From: Leucoraja ocellata
Lineage: Eukaryota
NCBI GenBank assembly: GCA_036785375.1
Contig: JAWMAR010000563.1
Location: 930,001-994,000, forward strand
DNA length: 64,000 nt
Direction of reading: 5' to 3'
Positions within the stretch are counted from its first letter, which is position 1. The number at the start of each line of letters is the position of its first letter. A program made the translations under genes and the position numbers. Under the pieces are notes generated by a model that saw only the letters and a program-made list of their open reading frames with translations, was not told where the DNA came from and did not search any database. Shown here in pieces: positions 36,972 through 49,892 of this stretch.

Positions 36972-39900
36972 TAAATTTTGGAAAACATCCCGCTCTCATT
37001 TATAGGTCGAATTAACGCTATAAAAATGACTTTCTTGCCACAATTAATATATTTGTTTCAAGCGATCCCAATATATATATTCCAAAATATTTCCAAAAAA
37101 TTAGTTTCTACTACCACTAATTTTATATGGGATTACAGAGCACACAGAATTCAATGAAAGCATTTGTGGAAACCTAAAGAAGTTGGGGGTTTATCATTAC
37201 CTAACATTACGTATTACTACTGGGCAGTGCATATTAAGAACATAATGTACTGGTTGGATAGTTCCACTCACCAGTCGGAGTGGATAAGAATTGAGAAAGA
37301 AGAGTGTTTCCCATACGATATAGGAACGATCTTGTTCTCACCAATAAAATTGAATAGTATAATATATAAGAAGAACCCAGTTATTCACAATACAATAAGA
37401 ATTTGGAAACAAATAAAATTATCCTTGAAATTAAATAATCTATCAGTACTAACCCCACTATTGAACAACCCTGCATTCAAACCTTCTCTTATCGACAAAT
37501 CATATAAATAATGGGATAGATTGGGGTTTGGGAAAGTAGGATATATGTATGAATTGGGCAAATTGTTATCATTTCAACAATTAAAATTAAAATTTAAACT
37601 GAAGGATAATCAATATTTCAAATATATACAGATATGTGACTTTATAAAGAAATATACACATAGATTTCAAACTATATTTTTAGATCCTTTAGAAGAAGCA
37701 ATGAATATTAAGGCTGATTCACAAAAATTAATATCATACTTTTATAATAATACTAGACCAAGTGCAGACCCGTTGGGTCTGCTCCCCCAATGGTGTGATC
37801 CCCCAACCCAATATTCCACCATGCACCCGTCTCCTCCAATGGAACTGAAGCCGTTTCGAAAAGTAAGATTCCAGCACTGCCCTGCCTCTTAAAAAAAAAA
37901 TCCCTGCCTGCTGCAGCAGTGAAAAGTTCAGTGTTCCCGGCTTGCAACTATATAGATAGATAGATAGATGAACCAGATGCAGGTAGGTAGGATATGGGTA
38001 AACGGGGCAACTTGGTTGCCATAAGCAAGTTCAGCCGAGGGCCCTGTTTGCTTGCAGCATAACTCCAAAACTTTAAATCCTATTGTTGATAATTTCAATT
38101 GATGAGCATGCAATACACAGCTCCATTCAGATTAGAAAGAGGGGAAAGAGTCGGGAGGGGAAGGGGGAGAGAAGTGGAAGAGTGGGGAGGGAGGTGGAGA
38201 GGGGTAGCGGGAGTGATGGAAGAGGGACAGAGGGATAGGGGAAGGGGGCGGGGGAGAGGGAAGGGGGTGGGGGTAGAGAGTGAAGGGGGTGGGGGAGAGA
38301 GGGATGGGTGGGAGAGGGAGAGGGGTGAGGAGAGGGAAACATAGAAACATAAGATTCTATAAGATCACCCCTCAATCTTCTAAATTCTAGCTAGTACAAG
38401 CCGAGTTTATCCAGTCTTTCTTCATATGAAAGTCCTGCCATCCCAGGAGTCAGTCTGGTGAACCGTCTCTGTACTCCCTCTATGGCAATAATGTCTTTGG
38501 GCATTGTGACATCACACGATGACACGGTCACCAGGGGCTGGGGCTGGTGCAAAGGCATATGTAAATGGATCCATCCCGATTGGACGTCCGCGAGCATCGG
38601 GCATTGTGACATCGCACGACGGGAACGAATCGAAAGGCAGGAAGGGATCCGTACTGCAGGCGGACTGATTTGAGTTTTATATATTACTAGACCAAGTGCA
38701 GACCCGTTGGGTCTGCTCCCCCAATGGTGTGATCCCCCAACCCAATATTCCGCCATGCACCCGTCTCCTCCATTGGAACTGAGCCCGTTCCCAAATGTAA
38801 GATTGCAGCCCTCCCCTGCCTGCTGCAGCAGTGAAAAGTTCAGTGTTCCTCTCTTGCAACTTTGTTTCGAAGTGTGTTGGAAGCTGACATGTAAATGGAG
38901 AAGCCTGTTTATTTTTGAAATACTTGGGGGTGGGTGGGGGGGGGGGGGGGAGAAGGATTTGATTAAAAACATGTACTTCAAGACGACGAAATGAAATGAG
39001 GAGCGGATACTTAGAAAGAAAAGCGAAATCTCTACCGAAATGGAAAATATCTCGGAGATTGAGCGTCTGGATTGGGCGTGGCAATGAATCAAAGGAAGAA
39101 ATGCAGCCGGACTGCAGCCGGACGGTAGGCGGACTGATTTGAGTTTTATATATATAGATATTATAATATTATATATTATATGATGATATTAAATAGAGAA
39201 TTACCCTCAACAGAGGCACTAAGAGAATATTGGGAACATGAGCTATTGATAAAGATCCCGAAGGATAGATGGGAAAAGTATCTGATGAACACACATAATC
39301 GTTCCATTAATGCAAGGCATAATTTAATTCAATTCAAACTATTACGTAGACTATATTATTCAAAAACGAGGTTGAATAAATTTTACCCAAACGTCTCTCC
39401 CAGATGCGATAAATGTCTGTTTCAAAACGCTAATATAACACATTCATTTGTAGGATGTACAAAGTTGAATACATTTTGGAGCGATATATTTGATATATTT
39501 ACAAAGCTTTTCAAGTCAATAATAGAACCGAATACGGAATGGATTATATTTGGAATAATAGTAGAAGATATCAATTTAAATAAAGACCAAAAAGTTTTTT
39601 TTTAATTATGGGTTAATAATTGGAAAGAAATTGATACTTAAATTTTGGAAAAATACAGCTATACCAACTGTTAAAATGTAGATTAGGAATATGATGGACA
39701 TAGCACACCTTGAAGAAATGAGACTCCGACTAATAGATAAATATCACCAATTCTTAAGTAATTGGTCCCCTTTTATCGACTTTATGGAATCATGTGATGC
39801 AGCGGTACCGTAAAGATTACTGTTTTCAGGTCAGGTCGTGGATAGATTTACATCTCCGAATAAAGATTTGAAAATTTCTCTTTTAAGGGTCTTTTTCTCC

Positions 39901-40162
39901 TATTTCTACTTTCCACTTTTTCTTTTCTTATATACACACTTCATGTTTTTCTATGTTCTACTATCTATTTTTTCCTCTTTTTCTCCGCTCCATTTTCTTC
40001 TTCTTGTCTTTCTTATTTCCTTTCCAAAAACATAAAACTAGAGGTTGTACATAGAATGTATAACTACGTTATGACATAGTTGGCACCTAAAATTAGGTCC
40101 CACTGTATCGTTTTGTATTGTACTAACTTCTAATAAAATAAACAAAAACAAAAAAAAAGAAA
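36972..40162 (+). mobile_element. L1-clade LINE 3' part, interrupted by Helitrons
   Basis: PLSFIGRINAIKM, GGLSLPNITYYYWA, CDKC..THSFVGC knuckle, aataaa + A-rich tail at 40133-40162. Confidence 0.9.
37753..39158 (-). mobile_element. Two non-autonomous Helitron units in tandem (39158-38687; 38686-37753)
   Basis: 5' TC(TA)n terminus, 3' hairpin cagacccaacgggtctg + cacttggtCTAG twice, A|T insertion site. Confidence 0.88.
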
Positions 40163-40164
40163 TT

Positions 40165-42600
40165 AATGAAATTTCACGGATGGAGGAGCAAGCCCTGATG
40201 CAGCCATAAATGCAACGGTGAAAATGTTTGCGGATAGGGTCAATGTACAATAAATGTTGGGCGTAACCGACAAAAAGACAGGCGTAGCTAGGGCCCATTC
40301 GAATGAACCTGGCATCCATTCACGCATTGAATACACGCTGACGTGGACAAAGTGAGAGGAGTCCAAAGTTGTCCTGGGCACGGATAAATTCCACCAACGG
40401 AGGCGATTGTTAATAGAGGGACATTGAATGGTCTATGATCGAGGAAGATCCAGGTTGCAATTTTGGTGGCAATATCAGGAAAGTAGACTATTATCTGAAT
40501 GGCCGATTAGTAAAAGCGGAGGTGCAACGAGACATGGGTGTCATGGTACACCAGTCATTGAAAGTAGGCATGCAGGTGCAGCAGGCCATGAAGAAATCGA
40601 ATGGTATGTTAGCATTCATATCAAAAGGATTTGAGTATAGTAGCCGAGAGGTTCTACTGCAGTTGTACACTGGTGAGTTTTGCGTACCGTTTTGGTCTCC
40701 TACTCTGAGGAAAGACATTCTTGCCATAGAGCGAGTACAGAGAAGGTTAACCAGGCTGATTCCTGGGATGTCAGGATTTTCATATGAAGAAAGACTGGAT
40801 AGACTCGGTTTGTACTCGCTAGAATTTAGGAGATTGAGGGGGGATCTTATAGAAACTTACAACATTCTTAAGGGGTTGGACAGGCTAGATGCAGGAAGAT
40901 TGTTCCCGATGTTGGGAAAGTCCAGAACAAGGGGTCACAGTTTAAGGATAAGGGGGAAATCTTTTAGGACCGAGATGAGGAAAACATTTTTCACACAGAG
41001 AGTGGTGAATCTCTGGAATTCTCTCCCGCAGAAGGTAGTTGAGGCCAGTTCATTGACTATATTTAAGAGGTAGTTAGATGTGGTCCTTGTGGCTAAGGGG
41101 ATCAGGGGGTATCGAGAGAAGGCAGGTACAGGCTACTGAGTTGGATGATCAGCCATGATCATATTGAATGGGGGTGCAGGCTCGAAGGGCCGAATTGGCT
41201 ACTCCTGCACCTATTTTCTATGTTTCTATGTGGCCCTTGTGGCTAAAGGGATCAGGGGGTATGCAGAGAAGGCAGGTACAGGATACTGAGTCAGCCCTGA
41301 TCATATTGAATTGCGGTGCAGGCTCGAAGGGCCGAATGGTTTCTATATTTCTAAGAACTGGAGGGCCTTCCAACTGGAAACCAATGTGGAGGATGGGGTA
41401 CTGAAGGGTCTGGACGTTCATGGTGAAAATTGCACAACAGTATCTAGAGACTGAAATGTATTTTAGAGATCTTGGGCGCAGGTGGGAATGGAACGGACAA
41501 GGAGCGATGGGATTGAATCGAGAAAAGTAGAATCGAGATCAGTTCAGCAGGATAGAAGCAGGCATAAATAATGGGAGAAACAATGCGTCTGCCAGGCCCG
41601 TCTGCATTGTATATTTTGGGGTGGTGATAGAAGCGAGGAGTGTGGGATTCGGAAACGGTTTGAGGATGTGGATAGGAGACAATCGGAGGCGGTGAAATCA
41701 GAAACATTCTGAGAGGGGATGGTCTGTGTGATCAGCATTGCTCTCTGGTTGTGATAGGATGATTCAGCTGCCTGATAACAGCTGGGAAGAAACTTTGGCT
41801 GATGGCAGCTGAATCATCCTATCACAAACAGAGAGCAATGCTGAACTACTATCTATCTCTTTGGTGACGCTCGGTCTCTCCTGATCGGACTTCGGTGGCT
41901 TTACCTTGAACTAAACGTTATCTCCTCATCATGTATCTACATCATGACAATACACTGCAGTGAACTAGTCGAGGGGCAGATTTGGAAATGTGCCCGAAAG
42001 CTGATGCCTGGAAAGCACACCGTAGACGTCAGCCCGCCATAGTACAGCCGCATCTCCCTTGTTGGTGGTTTAATAAAAATGTCCGGATTCTTGTTGAGAG
42101 AAAGGACGGTTATGAATTGAGACGGGTGAGTCCAGCGTGGATTTGGATCGAGAATTGAAAATGGTTGATGTCGCGGCGGCCGTTCGAGGTAACATAGTCC
42201 AGTGAGGGCGAAAGCCGGTAGGGTGAGGCCAAGTGGAGGGGAAATGTTGGAGACGGTAAAATGTGTCATTACTGGGAGGCAAAGCCCCTTCCCATAGAAA
42301 ATAAAACAAAAACGGGGGAGCGGAGGAAGTGCTGCACATCATGGCGGAAGTACGGGTTGAGGGAGTGGGTGGGACCTTCTTAGACGTGTGGATGCCGGGA
42401 GAAGAAGATAAGGCGCCTTTGGAAGACCCACTATAATGCATCCAAAAGAGCGAGGCAAGAGGGGATTGTGAAAACACCACAATGGCGAGGGCTGTGGGCA
42501 GGAAAGGGGGTCTAGAAATGCTCGGATGAAGTGCATTGGAGGAATACTGTGTACTCAGATTATTAATTGTCGTGTACGGGTGGTGCCATTACTGAGTTAA
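40165..42600 (-). mobile_element. Decayed Penelope-like element, split by CR1 (~40450-41350, + strand)
   Basis: MGPSYACLFVGY; PKIY...PGRRIVS; LNKNPDIFIKP. Confidence 0.75.
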
Positions 42601-44019
42601 CCTGTTGGAAATCCGGAGAGGGGTTTAGAAGGATGAAGTCTTTAAAAATATATACCGAGAGTAGGGAAGATTCAAACAAGGGGACATGACATGAGAATTA
42701 AGGGACAGAAGTTTAGGGGTAACATGAGGGGGAACTTCTTTACTCAGAGAGTGGTGGCTGTGTGGAATGAGCTTCCAGTGAAGGTGGTGGAGGCAGGTTC
42801 ATTTTTATCATTTAAAAATAAATTGGATAGTTATATGGATGGGAAGGGAATGGAGGGTTATGGTCTGAGCGCAGGTATATGGGACTAGGGGAGATTATGT
42901 GTTCGGCACGGACTAGAAGGGTCGAGATGGCCTGTTTCCGTGCTGTAATTGTTATATGGTTATAGGAATAGTGAAAGGCCAGTTTAGAGCGGACGTGTAG
43001 TGGATGTTTCCACGAGGACATAGCATCAGAATTAAAGGGCGTTCCAATAGGAAAGAGATGAGGAGGAATTCCATTCGTTAGATGGTGGTATATTTGTGGA
43101 ATTCATTCCCACAGAAGCCCATGGCGAGCAGGTTATTTGATATTTATAAGGCGTAGAGCGATAGATTCTGGATTAGTACGGGTGTCGATCGTTATGGGGA
43201 GTAGGCAGACCAATGGGGTTGGGAGGGGATGATGGGTCAGCCATGATTGAACGGTGGAGTAGACGTGATGGGTCGAATGGCCTAATTTAGCTTATATCAC
43301 TAATGAACCTATTGACATGAGTTTATGAACATGAACCTCTTGGGGCTGGCATTATGGAGCCCTCTGCATGGAACAGGGCCTGGAACCGATGTGAGCCAAT
43401 AGATCCGATCCGCTGGTGGCCGGATGAGAGGGAAGGAACGGTGGAATCAATGGCCCGCCGGTGGACGGCGTATGGGGTAAAGCTGGCAGTGGCGTCGACA
43501 GGCACGGTGTGGGATCAACGGGTGAAACTGTTCGGGTAGGTGGAGCTTCGCCATCAGTACCTTCGGCCTGGGAGCGGCCGAGTGGGTGTGGCGGCCGACG
43601 GCGGCTGTAGTCTCGATGGTACGTGCCTCGGCGCGTGTTTAGTTCTATGTTATTCCACTTTATTGTCCAATCCCTACGCAATATGAGAAAATTGCAAATG
43701 CACATGAACGTGCAAAAACGCACAGCTTTAGAATGTGGCAAGAAACCGAGCCCACAGAGAAAATATACGCCCCATCTGGAGAATTGGTGAACTGTACAGC
43801 GACTGCACTCAAGCTTAGACTCGAACAGGCATATTTTTATTTGCGAGTCAGCAACTGTACCATCTTTCTCGGGCTGAAATTGACACTTTTGGTCACTCCA
43901 TCCAGATTGTAATTAAATCGTTATTGCAATTGTAAATGTAAGTATAATTGTGATTGTAATTATACTTGTAATTGGTTTTATGAGCCATGTATGAAAACCA
44001 AAAGTAAATAAATCATGCG

Positions 44020-44672
44020 GTACACAAAAATGCTGGAGAAGCTCAGCGGGTGCAGCAGCATCTATGGAGCGAAGGAAATAGGTGACATTTCGGACCGAAA
44101 CCCTTCTTCAGGCTGATATTGGGGGGGGGGGGGGGGGGGGGGAGGAAAAGGGGGGGAGGAGGAGGAGCCCGAGGGCGGGGGGATGGGAGGAGACAGCTCG
44201 AGGGTTAAGGAAGGGGAGGAAACAGCAAGGGCTAGCAAAATTGGGAGAATTCAATGTTCATGCCCGCCGGCCGCAGGCTACCCAGGCGGAATATGAGGTG
44301 CTGTTCCTCCAATTTCCGCTGTTGCTCACTCTGGCAATGGAGGAGACCCAGGACAGAGAGGTCGGATTGGGAATGGGAGGGGGAGTTGAAGTGCTGAGCC
44401 ACCGGGAGTTCAGGTAGGTTCTTGCGGACTGAGCGGAGGTGTTCGGCGAAACGATCGCCCAACCTCCGCTTGGTCTCACCGATGTAAATCAGCTGGCATC
44501 TAGAGCAGCGGATGCAGTAGATGAGGTTGGAGGAGATACAGGTGAACCTTTGTCGCACCTGGAACGACTGCTTGGGTCCTTGAATGGAGTCGAGGGGGGG
44601 GGGGAGGGGGGGGGGTAAAGGGGCAGGTGTTGCATTTCTTGCGGTTGCAACGGAAAGTGCCCGGAGAGGGAA
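44020..44672 (-). mobile_element. Penelope-like element 3' end (GIY-YIG endonuclease)
   Basis: NLIYCIRCSRCQLIYIGETKRRLGDRFAEH...VAQHFNS; shorter related piece at ~45730-46010. Confidence 0.92.
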
Positions 44673-47600
44673 GGGAAACCATACGATTGATTTGTTTTGC
44701 CATACAGTCATACCAAAACAGCAACAACGCATGCAACCACACACATTTAACATAAACACCCTTCACAATGGCTCCTGCACATTCCTCGCTGTAATGGAAG
44801 GTAATAAAGTCTTATCGTCTTTCCACATTTATCTCCCGCGGTCTGGGGAGTCGAACCACCCGCAGTCGGGGCCATTGAAGCTCCCGCAGCCGGCGATTGA
44901 AGGTCCCATGTCGGGGCGTTCGAAGCTCCCGTGATCGGGGCGGCCGAAGTTCCTGCGGCTAAGAGCTCCGAAAGCCGGTTCTAAACAGGGACGCGAGCCC
45001 CACGATGTTAAATTCTACAGGCTCCCACAGTTGGAGTTTCGGATATTAAATCCGCGGGCTTCCCGGTTGGAGCTCGCAAGCTCGATCCCCAGCAAGAGCC
45101 GCCAGCTCCACTATGTTAGGCCGCTGTGCAGACGGGGATACGATAAGGAAAAATTCGCATATTCATCGAGGAGATAGATAAACCAAGCCGCCCCCCTCCC
45201 CCCTACCCCTCCCCCTCCCCCTCCCCTCCACTCCCCACGCGATACAAAACTAAAGATACACAAAAGCAACATTTAACTTCAGACAAAAACAACAAAGATA
45301 GTCATACAGTGTGGAAACAGGCCCTACGGCCCACTTCGCCCACACCGGCGAAAAATGTCCCAGCTACCCGAGTCCCACGTGTCTGCGCTTGGTCTTTAAC
45401 CCTCCAAACCTGTCCTATCCATATATCTATCCAGCTGTTCGTAAACGATGGGACAGTCTCAACTACCTCCTCTTGCAGCTTGTTCCATTCCCTCATATGT
45501 GAAATCTATTAAATATTTTCCCTTTCACCTTAAACCTTTGTCCTCTGATCCTCGATTCATCTACTCTGGGTAAAAAGACTCAGTGCGTCTACCCGATCTA
45601 TTCCTCTCATGGTTTTGTATCTTTCTATAAGATCTCCCCTTATCCTCCTACGTTCCATGGAATAGAGACCCAGCCTACTCAACCTCTCCCTACAGCTCAC
45701 ACCGTCTAGTCCTGGCAACATCCTCGTAAATAGACGAAAGTGCTGGAGAAACTCAGCGGGTGCAACAGCATCTATGGAGTGAAGGAAATATGCAACGTTT
45801 CGGGTCGAAACCCTATTTCAGACTGATGGAGGGTGCGGAGAAGAAATGAAAAAGGAAGAAGAGGAGCCCGAGGGCTGAGGGAGAATTGAGAAAGGTGAGG
45901 AGACAGCAAGGGATACCGGAAATTGGAGAATTCAATGTTTATGCCGCTAAGGTGCAGACTGCTCAAGCGGGATATGAGGTGCTGCTACTCCAATTTCCGG
46001 TGATGCTCACTCACAATATCCTCGTAAATCTTTTCTGAACCTTGTCAAGCTTGACAATATATTTTCTATAACTTTCAAGCTTGAACATTTATTTCCTATA
46101 ACTTTTAAGCATGACAATATCTTTCCTATTAGGGACTAGACAGACTGTTGGCGCGTGTGGAAGAAAAAATAATAATCTTCATTATTTAACTGGAATTGAA
46201 CAAGGTAACGAAAGGGTGGTTTGGATGTGACAATTGACAGCACTCGCTTGACCAGGTGCAGAAGAAGTTTGCGAGTATCAACAAAGTAAGATTCGACTTA
46301 TTACCTCCAGTCTGGGAATGTGACGAATTGTGGATGGTAAATGTAACATGAAATGGGAGGAGCTAACGAAGCTTGTTTACATTTATGAGAGGTTACAGTA
46401 CATCACCCGCGCCACGACCGCTCGTGGCCTAGATACTTTGCAGTAAATGGGAGGCGTATTATCGGCTCGAAATGGGGATGCTAGCGTGGACCGCTTGAAA
46501 GACGAGATAGAATAACGTCAAGATTCCCTTGTTTTGCGTTTCATTTGTATTAACCATCTGTTGAGATAAAAGATTAACATAAGCGAACTGTATGTTATGA
46601 CTAATGAAATAATTGGAACCCATGTGGTGAAATAATGTTTTTCTAGATTAGTATCGAACAAAAGTAAATACAAATTATTTACTGCACATTATAACTGTTG
46701 GCTAATTCTGCTTGGAAGTCAGAGAACTGGTGAGCAGTTTCTGCAGTCATCTCTCCATGATATCATGCAATAAAGTCTCTTGAAGCAAACCTGTGAAGTC
46801 TGTAACTTTTCGTTTATTTCGCTTTATTTCCCTCAAAATTAATATCTTCCACAGCGAGGCTGCATTGTGCCGCGCCACCATTACGGCCGCTGCGCGCAAA
46901 TACTGCTCGTAACATGCTAACCAGAGCTTCGCACAGGATTTTACTGTATGTGAATAAGTCTCCCGACCAGAAACGTCACCTATATATCGATAATCCTCGG
47001 TTGGCGACCGATTTACGGGAGCTCCAGCAACAGCAGCTTCGTCCGCCCGGAATCGTGAGGCTTGGATCGGCTCATTCGCAGGGCCTTTCATCGCTCCGCG
47101 CGACTTAACAACTGCAGCGGGATCTTCCGTCGCCCGGCGGGGACTTCAATATTGGTAGCCTCGATCGCCTCGACGCATCAGTTGGACTGCCTGACCGCGG
47201 GGGAAGAAGCAAGGGAGGGATAAGACGTTTTTACCATCCATCGCAGTGAGGAGATTCCTGAAGGACAGTCACTGTTTAATTGTGTGTTTTCTTGTTTTTT
47301 TACTGTTATGACTGCATGGTAACGACATTTTGTTCAAACTTGTTTTTGAATGACAAAAATAAAGACATTCAATTCAATTAAACCAACAATGCTGAGTAAC
47401 ACAGCGGAGCAGAGAGCTTCCCGGCAGAACAGGGATAGGCGACGTTGCGGGTCAGAACCGTTCATTAGTCTGAAAAGGGATTCTGACCCGAAACATCGCT
47501 TATCCATGTTCTCCAGCGATGCTGATATATTTCAGCGTTTTGTCTCGTCCTTCGGTATAAACCAGCATCTGCAGTTCTTTGTTATTTCTTCACCCATCTC

Positions 47601-48811
47601 TGTTCGTTGCTTTTGGTATGCTAGCCTTTATAAATCAGAGCATTGAGTATAGAAGCTGGGATGTAATGTTAAAATTGTACAAGGCATTGGTGAGACCAAA
47701 TCTGGAGTATGGTGTACAATTTTGGTCGCCCAATTATAGGAAGGATATCAACGAAATTGAGAGAGTACAGAGGAGATTTACTAGAATGTTGCCTGGGTTT
47801 CAACAACTAAGTTACAGAGATAGGTTGAATAAGTTAGGTCTATATTTTCTGGAGCGCAGAAGGTTAAGGGGGGGGACTTGATAGAGGTCTTTAAAATGAT
47901 GAGATGGATAGACAGAGTTGATGTGGACAATCTTTTCCCTTTGAGAATAGGGAAGATTCAAACAAGAGGACATGACTTCAGAATTAAGGGACAGAAGTTT
48001 AGGGGTAACACGAGGGGGAACTTCTTTACTCAGAGAGTGGTAGCGGTGTGGAATGAGCTTCCAGTGGAAGTGGTGGAGGCAGGTTCATTGGTATCATTTA
48101 AAAATAAATTGGATAGGCATATGGATGAGAAGGGAATGGAGGGTTATGGTATGAGTGCAGGCAGGTGGGACTAAGGGGAAAAAAAGTTGTTCGGCACGGA
48201 CTTGCAGGGCCGAGATAGCCTGTTTCCGTGCTGTAATTGTTATATCGTTATATGGTTCGTGAGAGATACTGCCGGACCTGCAGTGTTACTCCAGCACTTT
48301 GTGTCCTTTTTGATAAACGAGTACACACAAGACGTTGCGTTAAAATGCAGTAATTTACCCGTTGATAAACTCGTTTTATATCCAATTCTAGCACGATATT
48401 TATACTCATAATTCCTCAGCTGTGCAAACAAAGTGTTGTAGTTAACGCCCAATGCCTTCATTGTGCGATTTACTTATCTGCCTGTAGATGGTGCACCTGT
48501 AGACTGCTCCTTCCGATCGGAGCTGCAGTTCCCTCCCACGTCCCAAAGACGCAAGTGGTTGACAGGGTAAATGGCCTCAATGACACGGCCCAGATGCATC
48601 GGGGCTGCTGTATCCATAGTGGGCATTTGAGTGGCTAATTAGCAAATAAATTCAATCGGAGTGCGGAGGGGAACGGGACTGCAGGGATTACTCTGACGGT
48701 CGGTATTGATCCAATGGTGCGAATGGTATCTCGGAAATTCAGATGCAATGATGTAACGTAGAATGTAATATAATTCTGAAACGGATTTTCAATTTGAACA
48801 CTCATTTCACT

Positions 48812-49716
48812 TCACTTTATTGAATTGGAAATTAAAACAAATGGGCTCTTAATCACCTTTATACATTCCTCCCTGAATTTTTTCTGGGACACCCCATAAA
48901 TAAACGTGTTGGTGCAGGCACTCAACGCCCTCAGCATATATCCGGACTGTTCCGCAATGGTAAATGGGTCGTTGTTATCTGTTGCTAATAGCTCCACGTC
49001 GAGGAAGTACACACTCAAGAAGCACACAAAGTTTACCATCCACAGTAGGACGAAGCTGCCGGATATGGCCAGCAATAGAATGAGGGACTTCCTTCTGTTC
49101 TCCACCTCTTGATCGGCGCCGCCCTCGTCCTTCGTGTTCCTTCGAAGACCGCTCCTCACTCTGTTGGCGTGTATGATGTGCCTCATTGTCAGGGCATTGA
49201 GGAGTATGATCAATAAAATTGGTACAAATGGGGTTAAAATTGTTTCGATGGACAAAAGTGCTGCCCATAACTGTGAGGTGTAGAATTCTGGGGTTATGCC
49301 ACAGGACCAGCCCACGTTGTCAATTATTTCTCGAGGTACGTAGGCAAAATATACAGGTATATTTTGAATAATACTTAAGATACATGTCAGCGCTATCACC
49401 AAAGCCGCAGTTCTCTCGGTGCAATATTTTGTTCGTAAATTCTGACTACATATAGTGACAAATCGATCGAAGGTGAAGGTCACCGTAAGCCAGACAGAGC
49501 AATCGATGCAAATAAAATTAAAGAAGATATTCAGTTTACAAACTTGAGTTATGTTGAGGAATGAATAAGGAAAATAGCCATCTGAAATCTCGGAGAGAAT
49601 TACCTCGAAGATCAGAACCAATAAATCAGCTACCGCCATGGATACCAGATAGCGGGAGATACATTTGGAGAGTCCACATTTTCCCCGAGAGAGAATCACG
49701 ATTGCCATCAGGTTAG
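48812..49716 (-). CDS. GPR139-like class A GPCR, exon 2 (905 nt)
   Basis: Acceptor cttacag|CT; hydrophobic TM segments, ADLL (TM2), DRF (TM3), NTFIY (TM7); no stops. Confidence 0.92.
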
Positions 49717-49892
49717 CTGTAAGGAAGATGATATAAAAATCACCAACATTCAATATTCCACATGAACAACAGTTCAGCAGTTCTTCATATGAAGGCGAAT
49801 ACATTGTTTGATTCCGCAACCTACTGCTTTAACTCGTGTCGCACACACATCTCTCATTCTGAAAAATACATCTGTAAGATATAGTTCGCAAA

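Noticed and set aside
46747-47108. Overlapping ORFs after a polypyrimidine/AG
   Set aside because: No recognisable homology or partner exon
49717-49819. N-terminal extension MRNQTMYSP... of the GPCR ORF
   Set aside because: Lies upstream of a good splice acceptor; the exon at 53616-53685 gives a proper TM1
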